A DNA stretch of 64,000 nucleotides from Verrucomicrobiota bacterium (lineage in GTDB: Bacteria; Verrucomicrobiota; Verrucomicrobiia; Opitutales; Coraliomargaritaceae): assembly GCA_039815375.1 (NCBI GenBank), contig JBCBZJ010000004.1:96001-160000 (forward strand), read 5' to 3'. Positions 1-10,953 of the stretch are shown here, piece by piece. The notes under the pieces were generated by a model, which worked only from the letters and a program-made list of their open reading frames with translations, did not search any database and was not told the DNA's origin. Numbering within the stretch: position 1 is the first letter of the stretch; each line of letters begins with the position of its first letter. A program made the translations under genes and the position numbers.

Positions 1-306
1 GATATCGAAAGCCTTAATCCTGGCAGGCTCTTTAATCGCGGTGCATATCAGATCACGCGATTCCGCAAGTTTCTTGGAAGGCGGCACAATGAAAATCATT
101 GTTAAGTTTATACTAATGAAGCCCACAATCGCGAATGAAACAATCGCGATTGGCAACATATGCGTAAACGAATAGAAAACATAGGACAGCCCTATCGTAA
201 AGACACCCACAAGAAACGCGGCGAGCGACACCCGCTTCGCAGAGTAACGCTCGTAGTAACGAGCTATACTTCCCTCGAGTTCGGCTATGGCATCTTTGCT
301 GGACAT
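1..306 (-). CDS. Partial (runs off window edge) small membrane protein, downstream of metW
   Basis: Manual translation from ATG at 306 is open to base 1 (MSSKDAIAELEGSIARYYERYSAKRVSLAAFLVGVFTIGLSYVFYSFTHMLPIAIVSFAIVGFISINLTMIFIVPPSKKL...). Two hydrophobic segments; starts 11 nt after the metW stop. Absent from the ORF track because there is no stop in the window. Confidence 0.7.
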   Translation of the reverse strand, partial: MSSKDAIAELEGSIARYYERYSAKRVSLAAFLVGVFTIGLSYVFYSFTHMLPIAIVSFAIVGFISINLTMIFIVPPSKKLAESRDLICTAIKEPARIKAFDI

Positions 307-317
307 CGTGTTCGGTT

Positions 318-929
318 TTAAGCGCTGGCCTCCAAATCATAGATGGCATAACCGGAAAAAAGATTTGGCAAAAAAGAGCATTCGCTACGCCAGTTCCCTG
401 CCAGGTGAACCTTATTCTCAACCCTGATTCCGCGTTCCAGGCAAAACTCCTCGAATTCGCTTACCGAGAAGGGATTTGCAGGTATCGCCGCATACCATGG
501 ATCGGGGTAGACATCATTGATCGTGCGGCGTCCGCGAAGCATCGCGTTGACGCGGTTTATCCAGTAGCCTTGATTGACAAAACCAACCGTAACGCGTTTA
601 CCGACTCGCAGGCCCTCGGCTAGAGTCGCCGCAGGATCATCCAACTGCTCCACCGTCCGACTGAAGATAACACGGTCGAAAGCATCATCCGGAAAACTGG
701 CCAATACCTCATTCACATCGCCTTGATATACTGGCACGCCGCGTTTTACACAGCTCAAAATTTTGTCAAAATCAATGTCTACGCCAACACCGTAAGTGCC
801 TTTGGTCTGTTTCAAGTACTCCAGTAGGACGCCACGACCACAACCCAAATCGAGCACGCGATCACCCTCGGCCACCCATTGGGCGATGACCTGAAAGTCA
901 ACTTGGCGCTTTTTTGCATTAGCGTTCAT
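318..929 (-). CDS. metW: Methionine biosynthesis protein MetW (SAM-methyltransferase fold)
   Basis: VLDLGCGRG SAM-binding motif; ~200 aa; directly downstream of metX. Confidence 0.9.
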   Translation of the reverse strand: MNANAKKRQVDFQVIAQWVAEGDRVLDLGCGRGVLLEYLKQTKGTYGVGVDIDFDKILSCVKRGVPVYQGDVNEVLASFPDDAFDRVIFSRTVEQLDDPAATLAEGLRVGKRVTVGFVNQGYWINRVNAMLRGRRTINDVYPDPWYAAIPANPFSVSEFEEFCLERGIRVENKVHLAGNWRSECSFLPNLFSGYAIYDLEASA

Positions 930-934
930 AGCGA

Positions 935-2071
935 TTAACGGGAGAGGAAGTTACGAATGAGATCGTAGAGCTTCGGTGTGCGAAGCAGAAAGGAATCATG
1001 CCCCGCATCCATCTCAAGCTCTGCGTAGGTCGCGTCCTTACCGAGACGCAGTAAAGACTCAACGACCTCCCGATTCGCCTGAGGTGGGTAGAGCCAATCC
1101 GATGTGAAGCCAACCACAAGCCCAGGTGCTGTAACCGCTGCCAGGGTCGTATCGAGAGAAACCGGGCTATGTAAATCGAAGCGGTCCAGTGCCTTAGTCA
1201 GGTAAAGATAGGTGTTGGCATCAAAGCGTGAGACAAAGGCTTGGCCCTGATAACGTAGATAACTCTCCACCTCGAATTCCACGTCGAAATGTTCCTTGGC
1301 TTCATTCTTCCGGCGCTTGCGCCCGAACTTCGCCTCAAGCCCTGCGTCTGAAAGGTAGGTGATGTGGGCCATCATACGGGCTACAGAAAGCCCCTGAGCG
1401 GGCTGCTCACCGTCGGGATAGTTACCGTTCATCCAAGCAGGATCACTGATAATCGCCTGACGGCCTGTATCATTAAAAGCAATGGCTTGCGCATTGTGCC
1501 GTGCGCAACACGCCAGCGCGATGTAGCTGCCCACCCGATCAGGATAGTCGATGGCCCATTGTAGAGTCTGCATGCCTCCCATGCTCCCACCGACGACGGA
1601 ATGCAGGCGGTCGATTTCGAGGTAGTCGAGCAACATCGCCTGTGCCTTTACCATGTCACGCACGGTAAGTTTGGGAAAGCCGAGGTTATAGCGTTGACCA
1701 GTCGCTGGATTGATCGACTCCGGACCGGTCGAACCGCTACAGCCACCCAGCACGTTAGAGCAAACCACAAAATACTTTTTCGTATCGATGGGCCTTCCCG
1801 GACCAACCATGAAGTTCCACCAGCCATGTTTACGGTCGTCGGCGCTATGTACCCCGGCGCAATGGTGGTTTCCTGTCAGAGCATGACAAATGAGAACCGT
1901 ATTGTCCTTTGCTGGATTCAACCGTCCATAGGTCTCATAGCGAAGCCTTAGTTCAGGGATGCTGCCACCCGACTCGAACACAAATGGCTCATGGGAAACA
2001 AAATCCTGATACTCAACAATGCCGACTTCTCCCTCGACCGGGAGTTGTGCTGCCTGTGACGAATCGTTCAT
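935..2071 (-). CDS. metX: Homoserine O-acyltransferase (MetX family)
   Basis: CHALTG, GGSMGG nucleophile elbow, RFDANTY and GHDSFLL motifs. Start adjusted to ATG at 2071 (MNDSSQ...). Confidence 0.95.
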   Translation of the reverse strand: MNDSSQAAQLPVEGEVGIVEYQDFVSHEPFVFESGGSIPELRLRYETYGRLNPAKDNTVLICHALTGNHHCAGVHSADDRKHGWWNFMVGPGRPIDTKKYFVVCSNVLGGCSGSTGPESINPATGQRYNLGFPKLTVRDMVKAQAMLLDYLEIDRLHSVVGGSMGGMQTLQWAIDYPDRVGSYIALACCARHNAQAIAFNDTGRQAIISDPAWMNGNYPDGEQPAQGLSVARMMAHITYLSDAGLEAKFGRKRRKNEAKEHFDVEFEVESYLRYQGQAFVSRFDANTYLYLTKALDRFDLHSPVSLDTTLAAVTAPGLVVGFTSDWLYPPQANREVVESLLRLGKDATYAELEMDAGHDSFLLRTPKLYDLIRNFLSR

Positions 2072-2164
2072 GCAAAGAATAAGGCTAAACAAAAGGGCTA
2101 TGGTTTACTAGACCTCAAATCCAGTTCAAAAGTTGATGGCTTCATGCCATGGAAGGAACACTAT

Positions 2165-2989
2165 TCACAATACCGGTTGAAATCCTTTACGATACTTGGC
2201 CGGAGAGACACCAACGAGCTGCTTGAACTGTCGACTGAAGAAGTAGATATCCTTGTAACCGAGTGATTCGGCAATTTCACCGACGCGGAGATGGCTACTC
2301 TCGAGATAACGGCGTGCTTCGATGATCTTACAATGAATCAGGAACTTCCGCGGAGGCTGGCCAACCTGACGGGTGAATTCACGGTCAAAGTGCGAACGCG
2401 ACGCTCCCAATTCAGAGGCGAAGCGCTCAATCGAATCGACCGAGGCAGGGTCTTCGCGAAAAACACGCAGCGCGGTGCTCACTGCGGGACTCAGAGCCAA
2501 TTCGGGTGAGACTTCCGGAGAACCTGCTAACGTCATGATCAGTTCATAGAGTTTTCGGGCGAGAACCGTGTCGTCCTCTCGTCGCATTGCGATCCGCATA
2601 ATCGCATCGATCTGACGCTGCGCATACTCCAGGTTTTCCACCTCTCCACCAAGTAGCGGCAGACCTTCCACCTGCTCTCTTTGAAGACCATTTTTGCTCG
2701 GAAAGAAGTGTGCCGAGAAGCGTGTGATCCTCGGACCAATGTAGTGCGCCGCAGAAATATTCTGCCGTGGAGAAAAGATAAAAAAACGACCAGGCCGTAT
2801 GCGAAAAGTCCGCCCATCACAGCTCAAATATCCATCGCCGCCCAAAGCTAGCCAAAAGTTAAAATGGCCGTCTCCAGCAGTCTTCCACCTCCAGTATTCT
2901 ACTTCAGTGCAGAGGTAAGGGAACCAAGGCCGGTCAACCAACTGGATGGCATCAAAAGCGCCATTTAAATCGTATCCAGACTTACACAC
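2165..2989 (-). CDS. AraC-family transcriptional regulator
   Basis: C-terminal double HTH (IAESLGYKDIYFFSRQFKQLVGVSPAKYR) and cupin-like N-terminus. True start uncertain: the track start at 3088 overlaps the divergent SDR gene, so GTG at 2989 was chosen. Confidence 0.85.
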   Translation of the reverse strand: MCKSGYDLNGAFDAIQLVDRPWFPYLCTEVEYWRWKTAGDGHFNFWLALGGDGYLSCDGRTFRIRPGRFFIFSPRQNISAAHYIGPRITRFSAHFFPSKNGLQREQVEGLPLLGGEVENLEYAQRQIDAIMRIAMRREDDTVLARKLYELIMTLAGSPEVSPELALSPAVSTALRVFREDPASVDSIERFASELGASRSHFDREFTRQVGQPPRKFLIHCKIIEARRYLESSHLRVGEIAESLGYKDIYFFSRQFKQLVGVSPAKYRKGFQPVL

Positions 2990-3064
2990 AGAATGAGGAA
3001 ATAATACAAGTTTATGCTGGAGCAATCCATTTATCAATCTCTCCCTATATGATATTCTAGTCTC

Positions 3065-3850
3065 ATGACTTCCTCCGAATACCTTCAATCTATCTTCTCT
3101 GTAGAAGGCAAAGTAGCTGTCGTCATTGGCGGCACTGGCGAACTCTGTGGAACCATGGCTGAGGGCCTCGCCTCTGCCGGTGCCGAAACCGTGCTGGTTG
3201 GTCGAAGCGAAGAAAAAGCTGCGGTGCGCCTTTCCAGGATCGATGACTCAGGAGGCAAAGCTTATTTTGAACAAGTAGACGTCAATTCCAAGGAATCCAT
3301 CCAAACTCTGCTCAATACGGTTCTCGAAAAGTCCGGCAAAGTCGATATTCTGATCAATGGAGCGGGCGTGAATTCACCCACGCCAATCTTCGATATCGAG
3401 GAAGATGAGTTTGACCGGATCCTCGACACAAACCTAAAGGCTGTGCTGTTCGCCTCACAGATCTTTGGCAAATACCTGGTCGAGCGCGGCGAAGGCGGCA
3501 GCATCATCAACATTGGTTCTATGAGCGGCATCATTCCGCTCTCTCGAGTCTTTACTTACTCCGCAACCAAAGCCGCCGTTCACAACCTCTCTAAAAATCT
3601 CGCTCGCGAATGGGCCGCGTCCAATGTGCGCGTCAATACGATCGTTCCCGGGTTCTTCCCGGCCGAGCAGAACAAAAAGGTGCTTACTCCGGATCGTGTC
3701 GCCAGCATCATGGGGCACACACCCGCTAACCGTTTCGGCGAGGCGCATGAGTTGGTCGGAGCCACCCTGCTGCTTGCCTCAGATGCCTCCAGCTTTATGA
3801 ATGGCGCAGAGCTGGTCGTCGACGGAGGCTATGCCTCAATGACAATCTAG
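3065..3850 (+). CDS. SDR-family oxidoreductase (sugar-acid/fructuronate reductase-like)
   Basis: GGTGELC Rossmann variant, NGAG, YSATK catalytic YxxxK, PGFF; first gene of the uxaC operon. Confidence 0.85.
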   Translation: MTSSEYLQSIFSVEGKVAVVIGGTGELCGTMAEGLASAGAETVLVGRSEEKAAVRLSRIDDSGGKAYFEQVDVNSKESIQTLLNTVLEKSGKVDILINGAGVNSPTPIFDIEEDEFDRILDTNLKAVLFASQIFGKYLVERGEGGSIINIGSMSGIIPLSRVFTYSATKAAVHNLSKNLAREWAASNVRVNTIVPGFFPAEQNKKVLTPDRVASIMGHTPANRFGEAHELVGATLLLASDASSFMNGAELVVDGGYASMTI

Positions 3851-3856
3851 TCCACT

Positions 3857-5269
3857 TTGACTACGGTGAACTACCTGAACAAAGATTTCCTCCTCCCGAA
3901 TGAGACCGCCCAGCGTCTCTTTCACGAAGTCGCGGCCGAACAACCGATCATTGACTACCACTGCCACCTGATTCCCGAGGAGGTGGCCGCTGACGTCAGT
4001 TTCGAAAGCATTACACAAATCTGGCTGAGCGGCGACCATTACAAGTGGCGTGCCATGCGCGCCGCAGGCGAGTCCGAAGCACTCATCACCGGCGATGCTG
4101 ATCCGAAGGACAAGTTCCTTGCTTGGGCGAGAACTGTTCCGCAGACCGTCCGTAATCCCCTCCATCACTGGACACACCTTGAACTTCAGCGCTATTTCGA
4201 TTGCGAATTAGTGCTCAACCCCGATACGGCAGAAGAGATCTGGGAGCTGACCAATGCTAAACTTGCGGGACCCGAATTCACCAGCCAGTGCATTCTGAAG
4301 AAGTTTGACGTGCGCGTCGTGGGCACGACCGACGACCCTACCGATTCACTGAAGCACCATCAGACTTTTGCGGGCAGCCACCACCCCACCAGGATGTTCC
4401 CGACCTACCGCCCGGACAAAGGGATGATCACGAACGACCCCGACGCTTGGAATATATGGACCGATAAACTCGCAGAGGCCTCCAAGCAATCGATTCACTC
4501 TGCAACCGATTTCCTGGCCGCGCTCAAGGAGCGGCACGACTTCTTTCATGACAACGGCTGCCGCCTGACCGACCACGGTCTCGAAGGCTGCCCGTTCATT
4601 CCATGCAGCGATGTTCAGGCTGAAGCGATTTACAAGAAACTCCGAAATAGCGACAAACCGACTGCAGACGAAGCCGAACAATGGATGACCTTTGTACTCC
4701 AGAAAGTTGGTCGCTGGAATGTCGAAAAGGGCTGGACGATGCAACTTCACCTGGGACCGATCCGGAACAACAATACGCAGATGTTTGAAAAGCTTGGACC
4801 GGATACTGGATACGATTCCATGCTCGATGAGCCTGTCGCTCGAAAGATGGTCGGCTTGCTCGATAGCCTCGCCATAAACGACGCCCTCCCGAAATGCATT
4901 TTTTATCATATCAACCCTTCGCAGCTCTATCCCCTTGCTACGCTGATGGGAAGCTTTCAGGACGGAAAGACCCCCGGCAAAATGCAGCTCGGCTCCGGCT
5001 GGTGGCATGTCGATACACTCCATGGGATGCGCACGCAGATCGAAACACTCTCCAGCGTTGGACTGTTGAGTCAGTTTGTCGGCATGCTGACTGACTCGCG
5101 CAGCTTCCTTAGCTATCCACGCCATGAATACTTTCGCCGCCTGCTATGCGGCATCATCGGTAATGATGTCGATGCTGGCCTCATTCCCGACGATAAAGAC
5201 CTCCTTGATTCCCTCGTAAGCGGCATCTGCTACGAAAACGCAAACCGCTATTTCAACTTCCCCGCATAA
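3857..5269 (+). CDS. uxaC: Uronate (glucuronate/galacturonate) isomerase
   Basis: PIIDYHCH, GDHYKWRAMR, NPLHHWTHLEL and GMLTDSRSFLSYPRHEYFRR motifs; TTG start. Confidence 0.97.
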   Translation: MTTVNYLNKDFLLPNETAQRLFHEVAAEQPIIDYHCHLIPEEVAADVSFESITQIWLSGDHYKWRAMRAAGESEALITGDADPKDKFLAWARTVPQTVRNPLHHWTHLELQRYFDCELVLNPDTAEEIWELTNAKLAGPEFTSQCILKKFDVRVVGTTDDPTDSLKHHQTFAGSHHPTRMFPTYRPDKGMITNDPDAWNIWTDKLAEASKQSIHSATDFLAALKERHDFFHDNGCRLTDHGLEGCPFIPCSDVQAEAIYKKLRNSDKPTADEAEQWMTFVLQKVGRWNVEKGWTMQLHLGPIRNNNTQMFEKLGPDTGYDSMLDEPVARKMVGLLDSLAINDALPKCIFYHINPSQLYPLATLMGSFQDGKTPGKMQLGSGWWHVDTLHGMRTQIETLSSVGLLSQFVGMLTDSRSFLSYPRHEYFRRLLCGIIGNDVDAGLIPDDKDLLDSLVSGICYENANRYFNFPA

Positions 5270-5275
5270 GTTATC

Positions 5276-6262
5276 ATGCTTCGTATACTACTCACCACCA
5301 CTTCCTATCAGGACACACCGGGCCCACATCACGAGCTGCTTGAAAGCATCGGCGCAGAAATCGTGCGCGAGCGCGGCCCACTCCCCGAATCCCGCATGCT
5401 GGAACTCGCCGGCGAGTTCGACGCATTCCTTTGCGGTGACGACGAGATCACACAAGCCGTAATCGACAAGTCTCTGCCACGCCTCAAAATCATAGCCAAA
5501 TATGGCATTGGCGTCGACAAAATCGATGTAAGCTACGCCAGCGAAAAAGACATTCCCGTCAGCTTCTGCCCCGGCGTGAATCACACGACCGTCGCGGAGC
5601 ATGTCTTCATGCTCCTACTTGCGCTCAACAAGAATCTGATGGAACAGGCCAACGCAACTGCATCCGGCGGATGGAAACGCATGACCGGCCACGAGATCAT
5701 GGGCAAGACGATCGGTATTATCGGCTTGGGCCGAATCGGGCGCGAAGTTGCAATCCGTGCCAACGCATTCGGCATGAACTGCATCGGCTACGACCTCTAC
5801 TGGCCCGAGGAATTTGCAGTGCAGCATAATATCAAGCGGATGGATGGCGTCACCCAACTTCTACGTGCCAGCGACATTGTTTCGCTCCACACGAATTTGA
5901 CTGAAGAGACCCGTGACATGATTTGCGAAGTATCGATCAAAAACATGAAAGACGGTGCGATTCTGATCAACTGCGGCCGCGGCGAACTCACAAACACGGC
6001 CGACATCGCAGTGGCACTCGAAAGCGGGAAGCTCGGTGGCTACGGCGCTGACGTGCTGGATCAGGAGCCGCCACCCGCAGACCATCCGCTGCTCGGTGCG
6101 AAGAATTGTATTATCACGCCACACGTCGGCTCACGAACCTACGAAAGCGTCCAGCGCCAAGCAGGCATGGCCACGCAAAATCTCGTGAATCTGCTCAAGG
6201 GCGAAAAGGCCTTGGCCCAAGTTAACTCGGAAGTCGAACCACCTACAGCTTTACTCAAGTAG
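5276..6262 (+). CDS. D-isomer-specific 2-hydroxyacid dehydrogenase (phosphoglycerate dehydrogenase-like)
   Basis: GIIGLGRIG, INCGRG, DVLDQEP and TPHVG motifs; no ACT domain. Confidence 0.9.
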   Translation: MLRILLTTTSYQDTPGPHHELLESIGAEIVRERGPLPESRMLELAGEFDAFLCGDDEITQAVIDKSLPRLKIIAKYGIGVDKIDVSYASEKDIPVSFCPGVNHTTVAEHVFMLLLALNKNLMEQANATASGGWKRMTGHEIMGKTIGIIGLGRIGREVAIRANAFGMNCIGYDLYWPEEFAVQHNIKRMDGVTQLLRASDIVSLHTNLTEETRDMICEVSIKNMKDGAILINCGRGELTNTADIAVALESGKLGGYGADVLDQEPPPADHPLLGAKNCIITPHVGSRTYESVQRQAGMATQNLVNLLKGEKALAQVNSEVEPPTALLK

Positions 6263-6379
6263 ACCCATCGCAATCCTAATCGCAATCGAACTTGATCATG
6301 ACCCGGGTCGATTTCGATTTGAAAAGCGTAGAGCCCAAAATCTTCAAGCTTCCTAACATCTACACTCCTTAACTTAGAC

Positions 6380-7474
6380 ATGTCCGAAACATTCTACATC
6401 GTTCCAAAAGAACAGCACAATGATCTCGTCAAAAACGCGTATCAACATCGTGGATACACTGCAGACGAAGCAGCACAAGCTGCCCGCTTTTCCGAGTTTG
6501 CCGCGCACCACGGGATCCGCACACACAATGCAATCAAGGCACTCCATCTAGACCATCTCTTTGGCAGTGCAACCGGTGGCTGTGTGCCCGCAGCACAAAT
6601 CGAGAAACTTGATTCAAAATTCGAAGCCAGCCAGATCTGGAACGCCAACAAAAAACTTGGACAGGCGACGGCCTACGAGGCAATTGACGAGTGCATTGCA
6701 CTCGCGGACAAATACGGCATCGGCCAAATCTCTGTGGATAACGCCTTCCACTACCTATGGGGTGGCGGTTACGTCATGGAAGCCGCCAAACGCGGCTACA
6801 TCGCCTACACAAACTGCACCGCAGCACTTGCGGAGGTCGTTCCTTTCATGGGCAAATATCCGACACTCGGCACCAACCCCCATAGCTGGGGCTTTCCGAC
6901 AACGGACGCGGTGGGCTTCCCTATCGTAATTGACTGGGCCACCTCCGTCATCGCAATGGGCCGTGTCCAGCAATTCCTCCGGGAAGGTGCACCCCTTCCT
7001 CCGAATGCAGCCGTCGACAAAGATGGCAACATGACTACCGATGCAAACGAAGTTGCCGCACTCACCACTTTCGGAGCCCACAAGGGCTACGGCCTCTCCC
7101 TCATCAACGAGCTCGTCGGGGCATTCATTGGCGGCAGCTTGCCGACTCTGCGCAGCCGCGAGATTCCGGAAGGTGAGAAGCGCACACCGGTCTTCTACTT
7201 CCAAGTCATCCATCCGGACGCCATTAGTGGCGGTGCCTTCGCTCAAGGTCGCAATCAGGCCGACAACGTCAAGGCTGTGATCAAAGACATCCTCGGTCAC
7301 GGCAACGAAAACTGCCTCCTTCCAGGCCAACTCGAAGCAAAATGGGCCGAGCGCGTCGTAAAGGCAGGCGGCCTACTCTTCACCGAGGCCGAGATCGAGG
7401 CCTTTAACGAGCTCGCCGAAGAGTGCGGAATAGCAAAATTGATTCTAAGTTCTTTTCAAAGCGAAGCGAACTAA
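6380..7474 (+). CDS. Ldh_2-family (type 2 malate/L-lactate dehydrogenase-like) oxidoreductase
   Basis: GIRTH, LGTNP, DWATS, HKGYGL and LPG motifs typical of the YiaK/AllD/ComC family. Confidence 0.9.
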   Translation: MSETFYIVPKEQHNDLVKNAYQHRGYTADEAAQAARFSEFAAHHGIRTHNAIKALHLDHLFGSATGGCVPAAQIEKLDSKFEASQIWNANKKLGQATAYEAIDECIALADKYGIGQISVDNAFHYLWGGGYVMEAAKRGYIAYTNCTAALAEVVPFMGKYPTLGTNPHSWGFPTTDAVGFPIVIDWATSVIAMGRVQQFLREGAPLPPNAAVDKDGNMTTDANEVAALTTFGAHKGYGLSLINELVGAFIGGSLPTLRSREIPEGEKRTPVFYFQVIHPDAISGGAFAQGRNQADNVKAVIKDILGHGNENCLLPGQLEAKWAERVVKAGGLLFTEAEIEAFNELAEECGIAKLILSSFQSEAN

Positions 7475-7694
7475 CCAATTGATAGATATTGCTTTAGAGT
7501 AAAGTTAGCCTTCATCGGTAGAAAAGGCTGAATTCCGAGCCACAAAAAAGCCCCGCTTATGGCGGGAAGCATACGGAACGGTAATGTTTCTAACTTAGAG
7601 CGATTAAAGATACCATTTTCGCCGCACAGAATCACTTATCGGTGCTACGATGCCGTGCCGACAGGCCACGAATCATTGACAGGCGTGCAAAGGC

Positions 7695-7709
7695 TGGCAC
7701 AACGGGTGC
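7695..7709 (+). promoter_or_regulatory. Candidate sigma54 (-24/-12) promoter upstream of eno
   Basis: TGGCACAACGGGTGC = GG-N10-GC, about 60 nt before the eno ATG; also embedded in an inverted repeat. Confidence 0.35.
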
Positions 7710-7732
7710 CTTTGTCCGCGATTGGCGGATAG

Positions 7733-9091
<1,359 letters not shown>

Positions 9092-9113
9092 TCGATCCGA
9101 GACCTACTTTTTC

Positions 9114-9149
9114 AAAAGGCCTGCTGGTTCATATCAGTAGGCCTTTTTT
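9114..9149 (+). terminator. Rho-independent terminator after eno
   Basis: aaaaggcctgctgg-ttcata-tcagtaggcc followed by tttttt. Confidence 0.85.
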
Positions 9150-9273
9150 CATGAATCGAAGTCCAAAACTGTATCGAAATTGAATTCTTCAAAAACCGAT
9201 TCCAATAAGACTCTACAGAACAAGTCTCATTTTTGACTTCTAAATACGAACTCTTAACTTCTATCGTCTTAAA

Positions 9274-9693
9274 ATGAACCTAGAAGAAAAGAAAGCAAAC
9301 CTCTTGGAGGAAATCACTTTGATTCCAGACGCCTACGAACGCCTGGGATATGTGGTTGAACAGGGAAAGAAGGCGGAAGGCCTGCCGGACGACCTGCGTA
9401 TCGACAGCTTTAAAATCGAAGGTTGCATGTCCTCCCTATGGGTCGTTCCGGAGTTTCGCGAGGGGCTCTGCTACTTCATCTCAGAGTCGGATTCGGCGAT
9501 CGTCAAAGGCATCGCTTCCCTGCTCTGCGACTTCTACAGCGAGGCTACACCGGAGGATATCGTTGCAAATGATGCAGACTTCCTTGGTGAAGTTGGCATT
9601 ACCCAGCACCTCTCTCCGAACCGCCGCAACGGCCTCAGCAGGATCGTCGAATCGATCCAGCGCTTTGCTAAGTCCTGCATGGCGGGGTCCTGA
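9274..9693 (+). CDS. sufE: SufE-family sulfur acceptor protein
   Basis: KIEGCMSSLW (active Cys), ESDSAIVKG and HLSPNRRNGL motifs. Confidence 0.92.
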   Translation: MNLEEKKANLLEEITLIPDAYERLGYVVEQGKKAEGLPDDLRIDSFKIEGCMSSLWVVPEFREGLCYFISESDSAIVKGIASLLCDFYSEATPEDIVANDADFLGEVGITQHLSPNRRNGLSRIVESIQRFAKSCMAGS

Positions 9694-9715
9694 TTCAAAA
9701 CGGGAAGTGAGGAAC

Positions 9716-10516
9716 ATGTCCCCGTCCTTCTATGACGCACATGTCCACTTGGCCTCACCCGTCCTTTCTCAGGAAATCAAGGGTTTATCGGCGGCTTACG
9801 ACACCATCAACCTGAATCGGGCTATTGTCGTCGGCACCTCACCGGATGACTGGGCTCAAGTTCTGGACCTTGCCGGCAGGGACAAGCGCTTCGTCCCTGC
9901 CGTGGGTTTGCATCCCTGGCATGTCAATGAAGTGCAAAACGATTGGCAGGGACGATTCCTCAGCTTTCTCGACAAAGGCATCTCCGTGATCGGAGAAATC
10001 GGGCTCGATCAATGGGTTGATCGATACGACATTGAGCTTCAAAGAGAAGCCTTCGAATACCAGCTTGCTGCCGCAACCGAGCGCAACCTGCCCACCTCGA
10101 TTCACTGCCTGAAGGCGCATCAGCCCCTAATGGAAGTCCTTCGAGGCATGGAACTGCCGAAGCGAGGTTTCAAGCTCCACGCCTACAACGGTCCAATCGA
10201 GACAATGAAACCCCTACTCGACCTTGGAGCACATTTCTCATTCAACGCCGGTCAGTTAAAACCAAATGCGAAAAGAGTTTGCGAACTCATCAAACTGGTG
10301 CCGGATGAACGCCTGCTTATTGAAACCGATGCCCCTGATTTCCTGCCACCTCGCGAATTACAGGAATTCCAGCTGGGGGATCCGAATCTTTGCCACCCCG
10401 CTAACATAAGGGCAGGATACCGGGCTTTGGCTACCCTCCGTGGTTGCCGCCTGGAGATTTTTGCAGAGAGTATTGGGAAAAATTTCTTACGCTACTTTAT
10501 GGATGAATTTGAATGA
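9716..10516 (+). CDS. tatD: TatD-family DNase
   Basis: DAHVH, GLHPW, IGEIGLD and LLIETDAP motifs. Start adjusted to ATG at 9716. Confidence 0.9.
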   Translation: MSPSFYDAHVHLASPVLSQEIKGLSAAYDTINLNRAIVVGTSPDDWAQVLDLAGRDKRFVPAVGLHPWHVNEVQNDWQGRFLSFLDKGISVIGEIGLDQWVDRYDIELQREAFEYQLAAATERNLPTSIHCLKAHQPLMEVLRGMELPKRGFKLHAYNGPIETMKPLLDLGAHFSFNAGQLKPNAKRVCELIKLVPDERLLIETDAPDFLPPRELQEFQLGDPNLCHPANIRAGYRALATLRGCRLEIFAESIGKNFLRYFMDEFE

Positions 10517-10946
10517 TATAGAACCACTGCCGCCTGTTCGAAAAAGAGACATTCTATATCGTGGAGCAAAGTGCCTTTGCCCGAACTGCGGTAAGTCTGA
10601 GATTTTTGAGAAGCCGCTGAAAATTCACCGTCGCTGCCCTGAGTGCGGCATGACTCTCGAGCGTGGCGACGGCTTTTTTCTCGGCCCGCTTTGCATAAAT
10701 TACGGCCTCGTCGCATTCTTCTATGTCGCGCCGCTGCTGCTATGTGGTTTTCTCTACGATTGGCTGGCACTGAAAGTGGCAATCCTCATCGCATTCATCG
10801 GGGGAGTCACGTTGCCTCTCATCCTGTATAAACGGACATGGGGCTTGTGGCTGATGGCCTATTACTTTTGCCTTCCCGACGAGCTACATGCCAATCGTCC
10901 TGAGGACAGCGATGACCTATCCTTTGAAGAAGAGAGCCGGCACTAG
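10503..10946 (+). CDS. DUF983-like membrane protein with zinc ribbon
   Basis: CPNCG...CPECG, ERGDGFFLG and two TM segments. Start adjusted to ATG at 10503. Confidence 0.8.
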   Translation: MNLNDIEPLPPVRKRDILYRGAKCLCPNCGKSEIFEKPLKIHRRCPECGMTLERGDGFFLGPLCINYGLVAFFYVAPLLLCGFLYDWLALKVAILIAFIGGVTLPLILYKRTWGLWLMAYYFCLPDELHANRPEDSDDLSFEEESRH

Positions 10947-10953
10947 GATTTGT

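Noticed and set aside
113..421. 102-aa minus-strand ORF in the track
   Set aside because: Overlaps metW; a different frame (ATG at 306) gives a more protein-like membrane product.
2990..3088. Apparent head-to-head overlap of the AraC and SDR genes
   Set aside because: Likely an artefact of longest-ORF start choice; the region is more plausibly the divergent promoter.
4346..5125. 259-aa minus-strand ORF
   Set aside because: Antisense shadow of uxaC.
9350..9715. Long N-terminal extension of the TatD ORF
   Set aside because: Overlaps sufE in another frame; TatD homology starts at ATG 9716.
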